A stretch of DNA of 64,000 nucleotides from Promethearchaeota archaeon (lineage in GTDB: Archaea > Asgardarchaeota > Lokiarchaeia > Sigyniarchaeales > SOKP01): the NCBI GenBank assembly GCA_019058365.1, contig JAHPZE010000002.1, positions 160,001 to 224,000 of the forward strand, given 5' to 3'. The notes under the pieces were generated by a model that was not told the origin of the DNA, searched no databases, and worked only from the letters and a program-made list of their open reading frames with translations. How positions within the stretch are numbered: the first letter of the stretch is position 1; each line of letters starts with the position of its first letter. The position numbers and the translations under genes are program-made. This document shows positions 60,458 to 64,000 of this stretch, one piece after another.

Positions 60458-61197
60458 AAGTAGAAGATCTGAATTTTTGTTATAATTCGGGGTTTAAAAT
60501 TCAAGATATATCGTTTAAATTAGAGGAAAAAGTTATTTGTGGACTTACTGGAAATAACGGTTCCGGAAAAACAACTTTATTAAGATTATTAGTCGGATTA
60601 TTAAAACCTCAATCAGGAAAAATCAAGATTTTTAATAATACACTTACAAGAGATAAACAAGAATTATGGGAGACCAGAAAAACAATTGGTTTTTTATTCC
60701 AAAATCCTGATGACCAACTATTTGCTCCTACTATTGAAGAGGATATTAGCTTTGGAGCAAGAAACCTAAAACTTGATGAGGAAGAAGTACAAAGAAGAGT
60801 CAATTGGGCTTTAAAAGCGGTAGATTTATCAGAATTTAAAGAATACTCCCCATTTAATCTCTCTTGGGGTCAAAGAAAAAGAGCTGCTTTAGCTGGGGTG
60901 CTCGCAATGAAACCCAAATTGCTGATTTTGGATGAACCTTTTGCTAATCTTGATTTTAAATCAATTTACAATCATCTTAAAATTTTAGAAAAACTAAGAA
61001 AAGAAAATGAAATAACTATATTCTTCACATCTCATAATTTATTCTTCATCGAGCATTGGGCAGAATATATGTTACTTTTAGATGAAGGTAAAATCATTTT
61101 TGATGGTGAACCTCATAACGGATTAGGAGATTTAAATGTCAAGAAATTACTTGGATCTTATGATGATATTCTTTCATTAATAAAAAAGAAATATTAG
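60442..61197 (+). CDS. ECF ATPase (CbiO/NikO), ATT start
   Basis: Frame open from 60394: (M)NFAVEVEDL..GNNGSGKTT..FQNPDDQLF..LSWGQRKR..LDEP..SH. The track caught only 60898..61197 because there is no in-frame ATG/GTG/TTG earlier. Confidence 0.9.
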   Translation: MNFAVEVEDLNFCYNSGFKIQDISFKLEEKVICGLTGNNGSGKTTLLRLLVGLLKPQSGKIKIFNNTLTRDKQELWETRKTIGFLFQNPDDQLFAPTIEEDISFGARNLKLDEEEVQRRVNWALKAVDLSEFKEYSPFNLSWGQRKRAALAGVLAMKPKLLILDEPFANLDFKSIYNHLKILEKLRKENEITIFFTSHNLFFIEHWAEYMLLLDEGKIIFDGEPHNGLGDLNVKKLLGSYDDILSLIKKKY

Positions 61198-61280
61198 TAA
61201 ATTCACATAAATCCTTTTCTAATAAAATAATTTTAAATTTCTTAAATTTATACTATAATAAAACTTGATCTAATAGTCTT

Positions 61281-61775
61281 ATGCACTTGGTACTTACTTA
61301 CTTTCATCAAATTAAAGGTCCAAGTATATTGATGTCATATCCTGATGAAAAACTTGAAGAAGAAATAATAAATAGACTTTTGAAATTTTTCGATTTAGAA
61401 ATCGATGAAACGTTTTTTGAAATAGTTCTCATCACTAAAAAAAAGAAAATTATCAATTTTAATTTCGAGATACCATCTGAATGGGCACGTGGGAAAAAGG
61501 AATTTATTATGCTTTCGCTAATAATGAAAAAAGAATATGAAAGTGAAAGTATGTATGCATTTATAGTGGATAGCTCCTACAAAATCCTTAAAACTAAAAA
61601 CATTTTTAAAGCACTCTATAAATATGATGATTTTCGTGATAGAAACGATATAGAAATTGATGTTACTTACGAACAGATAAGAAAAATTCTTTTTGAATGT
61701 TTAACAAGCCTAATTGCAAGAATTGAGGATGAGATTAAGGGAGTAAACAAAAAAGACCCTTTTCCATTTTCATAA
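61281..61775 (+). CDS. Stand-alone longin/uDENN-like protein (NPRL2/folliculin-like)
   Basis: LVLTYFHQIKGPSILMSYP and PSEWARGKKEFIMLSLI patterns. Confidence 0.7.
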   Translation: MHLVLTYFHQIKGPSILMSYPDEKLEEEIINRLLKFFDLEIDETFFEIVLITKKKKIINFNFEIPSEWARGKKEFIMLSLIMKKEYESESMYAFIVDSSYKILKTKNIFKALYKYDDFRDRNDIEIDVTYEQIRKILFECLTSLIARIEDEIKGVNKKDPFPFS

Positions 61776-61960
61776 AAACAAATGAGAACCAAAAGTTGAA
61801 GATAAAGGGAAAAAAGCAAAAAAATGCTCAGAATATCTTGAATTCTTAACAAGGATGTACGGGTTTAGAGTCCAAAATTCTAAAACTAAAAAAGGATATC
61901 TACTTAAATTCTTTGGTGATTCTCAAAAAAAGAGTGGAATATTTCATAATGCTATGTTAT

Positions 61961-62290
61961 AATGACGATGTTCTTTTTTCGTTAAATTTTTTGTCGCCTG
62001 AAACACTAACACGATCTTTTTCATTTTAAGGAATTATACCCTTTAAATCTAAGGCGTTCTCTCATGTCAGGCTTTTGCAAAGTTGGGACATAATCATGTC
62101 GCAAATCTGGGTTGCTGACTCTACTTTCATTGCGGTGGTTTATACCATTGCTCTGTAAAGAGCCCGTATTAGTTTTTGCATTTTCTGATTATTAAATTCA
62201 GGATATAAGCATTTTTTTGCGCACCATATTCATTTTTTAGTCGTATGAGCCCTCGATAATGCTCAGTGTTCCATCATCATTTTCCCAGTA
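61961..62290 (-). pseudogene. Possible decayed gene remnant
   Basis: Locally higher GC; protein-like stretches (YWENDDGTLSIIEGSYD*, YPEFNNQKMQKLIRALYRAMV*TTAMKVESATQICDMIMSQLCKSLT*) broken by stops and a frame change. Family not recognised. Confidence 0.25.
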
Positions 62291-62399
62291 ATATAATAGA
62301 GTATTAAAAATAAAAGTTTTATTATAATATTCCCCTAATAAAGGATTCTGAAAAAGGTTTCAAAATAAAATTCTATCAAGGAAAAAATTATTAAGGGAT

Positions 62400-62870
62400 T
62401 TAAAGCATACCAAAAGTATCAGATCTAAAGAGTTCCTTTACTTCTTTAGAAATTTCTGCTTGATCAGCCTTTAGATATCTATGTAGTATCAACGATATGT
62501 GTGGAGCCCATTTTTTCATTGTGGCTCTGATAAATCCAATTTGAACATTTTTATCAGCAACTATACACAATACTCCTTTCCCAACTTTCATTGAAAAAAT
62601 CATACCCTCAAGATATTCAGTTATTTGAAGGTTAATGGAACCATATCCTAAAATGTGTCCTTGTTCCTCACCAGCTACAAAAACAGCGCCTCCAATAGCA
62701 CCAATCTTCTCTACAGAAATTCCATTATAACTTGAGAATTTAAATTTAGCTTGACTCAAAATAGTTATTCCTGTATCATCGGTTAGAAGAGCATATTTTA
62801 ATCCCGGCGCACTATTGATAATTGAAATTAAAATCTTTTTTAATCTAAGCTCATCCTCGGAATAACTCAA
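62400..62870 (-). CDS. Roadblock/LC7 (MglB/LAMTOR-like) protein
   Basis: ALLTDDTGITI, IGAIGGAVF, ITEYLEG, VLCIVAD..VQIGFIR. Confidence 0.85.
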   Translation of the reverse strand: MSYSEDELRLKKILISIINSAPGLKYALLTDDTGITILSQAKFKFSSYNGISVEKIGAIGGAVFVAGEEQGHILGYGSINLQITEYLEGMIFSMKVGKGVLCIVADKNVQIGFIRATMKKWAPHISLILHRYLKADQAEISKEVKELFRSDTFGML

Positions 62871-63077
62871 ATATTTGTCAACCTATTATTTATATCATCT
62901 TCTAATTCAGTTTCTTTAAGGTTAAAAAATAGTTATTTAAACTTATCTTTATATTTTTACCTTACACCTACTTATTTAATGAAGAAATTTTAAATATAAA
63001 AATTTAAGTAAACTCAGTGTTTTTTCTACGGTTTATAATAAAAAATAATATTATATTCTTTTCAGTAAATTTAATTC

Positions 63078-63413
63078 TTAGAAAAGATCTTGCCCTTTAA
63101 TTAAAGTTTTTAATGGCTTCAATCGACTTTTATAATCTTTTGACTTTTCTAATAATATCAATAATTTGTAGTTTTTTGACTTATCTAAATCTTTTTTTAT
63201 TTGTACTAATTTAGAATCTTCTATGAATTCTCTATTTTTAGCAATCGCAGATAAGGCTAATGTATTCTCAAGTATCCATAATTTCTTTGAAATTTTTGAT
63301 GCTACAGGAAATCCATGCTTATCTGTAATTATTCCAGCAACAAAATTTGGAAAGTTTTTTTCAATTCTATATAAAAAATACTTAACCTCACTTTCGTTAA
63401 TAAGATTATCCAA
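63078..63413 (-). CDS. Short/degenerate roadblock-like protein
   Basis: AGIITDKHGFPVASK..ENTLALSA roadblock N-terminal pattern. Confidence 0.65.
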   Translation of the reverse strand: MDNLINESEVKYFLYRIEKNFPNFVAGIITDKHGFPVASKISKKLWILENTLALSAIAKNREFIEDSKLVQIKKDLDKSKNYKLLILLEKSKDYKSRLKPLKTLIKGQDLF

Positions 63414-63574
63414 TATTAGAACACCTATTCTATCAATATGATCTTATTGATAGAATAATTTCATTAAATGCTATAATATGGAGATAATATCATTTTTCTA
63501 TCAAATATAGCATTATTGGTTTTAAAATTTATTTCAATCCTATTTATTTAGTGCTTACAAAAAGGAAAATATGG

Positions 63575-64000
63575 TTATTTGTGGTTTTTCTTTAATGATA
63601 TTCCAAGGTTAAGATTTTCTACAAGTTCGCTAAAGCGGTTTCGAACGGTAACTTCAGTTACACAACTAATATTAGCAATTTTTCTTTGAGTTCTTCGCTC
63701 ATTGGTTAAAATACATGCAGCATAAATTGCTGCGGCACAAACACCCGTTGGACCTCTTCCAGAGGTTAAACCACGTTCCTCAGCAATCCTGATTATAACT
63801 TTTGCCATTTTCTGGCATTCTGTAGTCAATTCTAATTCTGAAATAAATCTTATAAGAAAATCTATAGGCTTAGTTGGATTTAAATTCAATTCCAATTCTT
63901 TTGATATGAATCTGAAAGAGCGACCAATTTCTTTCTTATCTACTCTCGCTACTTCAGCTATCTCATTTAAGGTACGTGGAACCTTGTACATTCTACACGC
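63575..64000 (-). CDS. tfb: Transcription initiation factor B, C-terminal part (5' end outside window)
   Basis: [43 protein letters not shown]. Confidence 0.95.
   Translation of the reverse strand, partial: ACRMYKVPRTLNEIAEVARVDKKEIGRSFRFISKELELNLNPTKPIDFLIRFISELELTTECQKMAKVIIRIAEERGLTSGRGPTGVCAAAIYAACILTNERRTQRKIANISCVTEVTVRNRFSELVENLNLGISLKKNHK

Noticed and set aside
4119-61852. Short overlapping or antisense ORFs in the track (e.g. 4119, 4694, 5243, 6644, 7622, 8700, 13170, 16040, 16769, 18245, 31346, 31805, 38422, 41525, 41713, 56881, 60609, 61667)
   Set aside because: Shadows of well-supported genes, with no motifs or RBS.
1-64000. CRISPR arrays, tRNA/rRNA genes, intact IS elements or integrases
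   Set aside because: No spaced direct repeats, cloverleafs, GC-rich structural RNA blocks or transposase/integrase motifs seen by eye; a tRNAscan/Infernal run would be needed to exclude them formally.

Overview
AT-rich archaeal window, most consistent with an Asgard archaeon of the Lokiarchaeia type. Evidence: eS26, aIF-1A, TFB, TrmY, a Rag-like small GTPase, two roadblock proteins, longin/uDENN-like domains and a SNAP-like TPR protein. Contents: (1) 0.3-4.5 kb, a signalling locus in which a Rag-like GTPase sits next to a MASE3-PAS histidine kinase and a receiver domain fused to an NPRL2/FLCN-like longin domain that keeps an Arg at the predicted arginine-finger position (top candidate for an undescribed system). 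(2) About 5.6-33.6 kb, a dense thiol-redox, oxidative/nitrosative-stress and sulfur-relay island: TrxR, two PDOs, FTR, two Grx, three CCG proteins, Isf, an atypical CooS, NROR, two unannotated rubredoxins, FprA, Dfx, Rbr, an Npsr-like protein, and TusA-IscS-IscU with an unusual IscU fusion. (3) Housekeeping, C1 and transport genes, including a NikMNQO-like ECF transporter with a tandem operator. Other signals: repeated use of ATT start codons behind AGGTG(A) ribosome-binding sites, a candidate ~143-nt ncRNA, and a GAACATGTTC operator present twice. No rRNA, tRNA, CRISPR array or intact mobile element was recognised. All assignments come from motif reading by eye; no searches were run.
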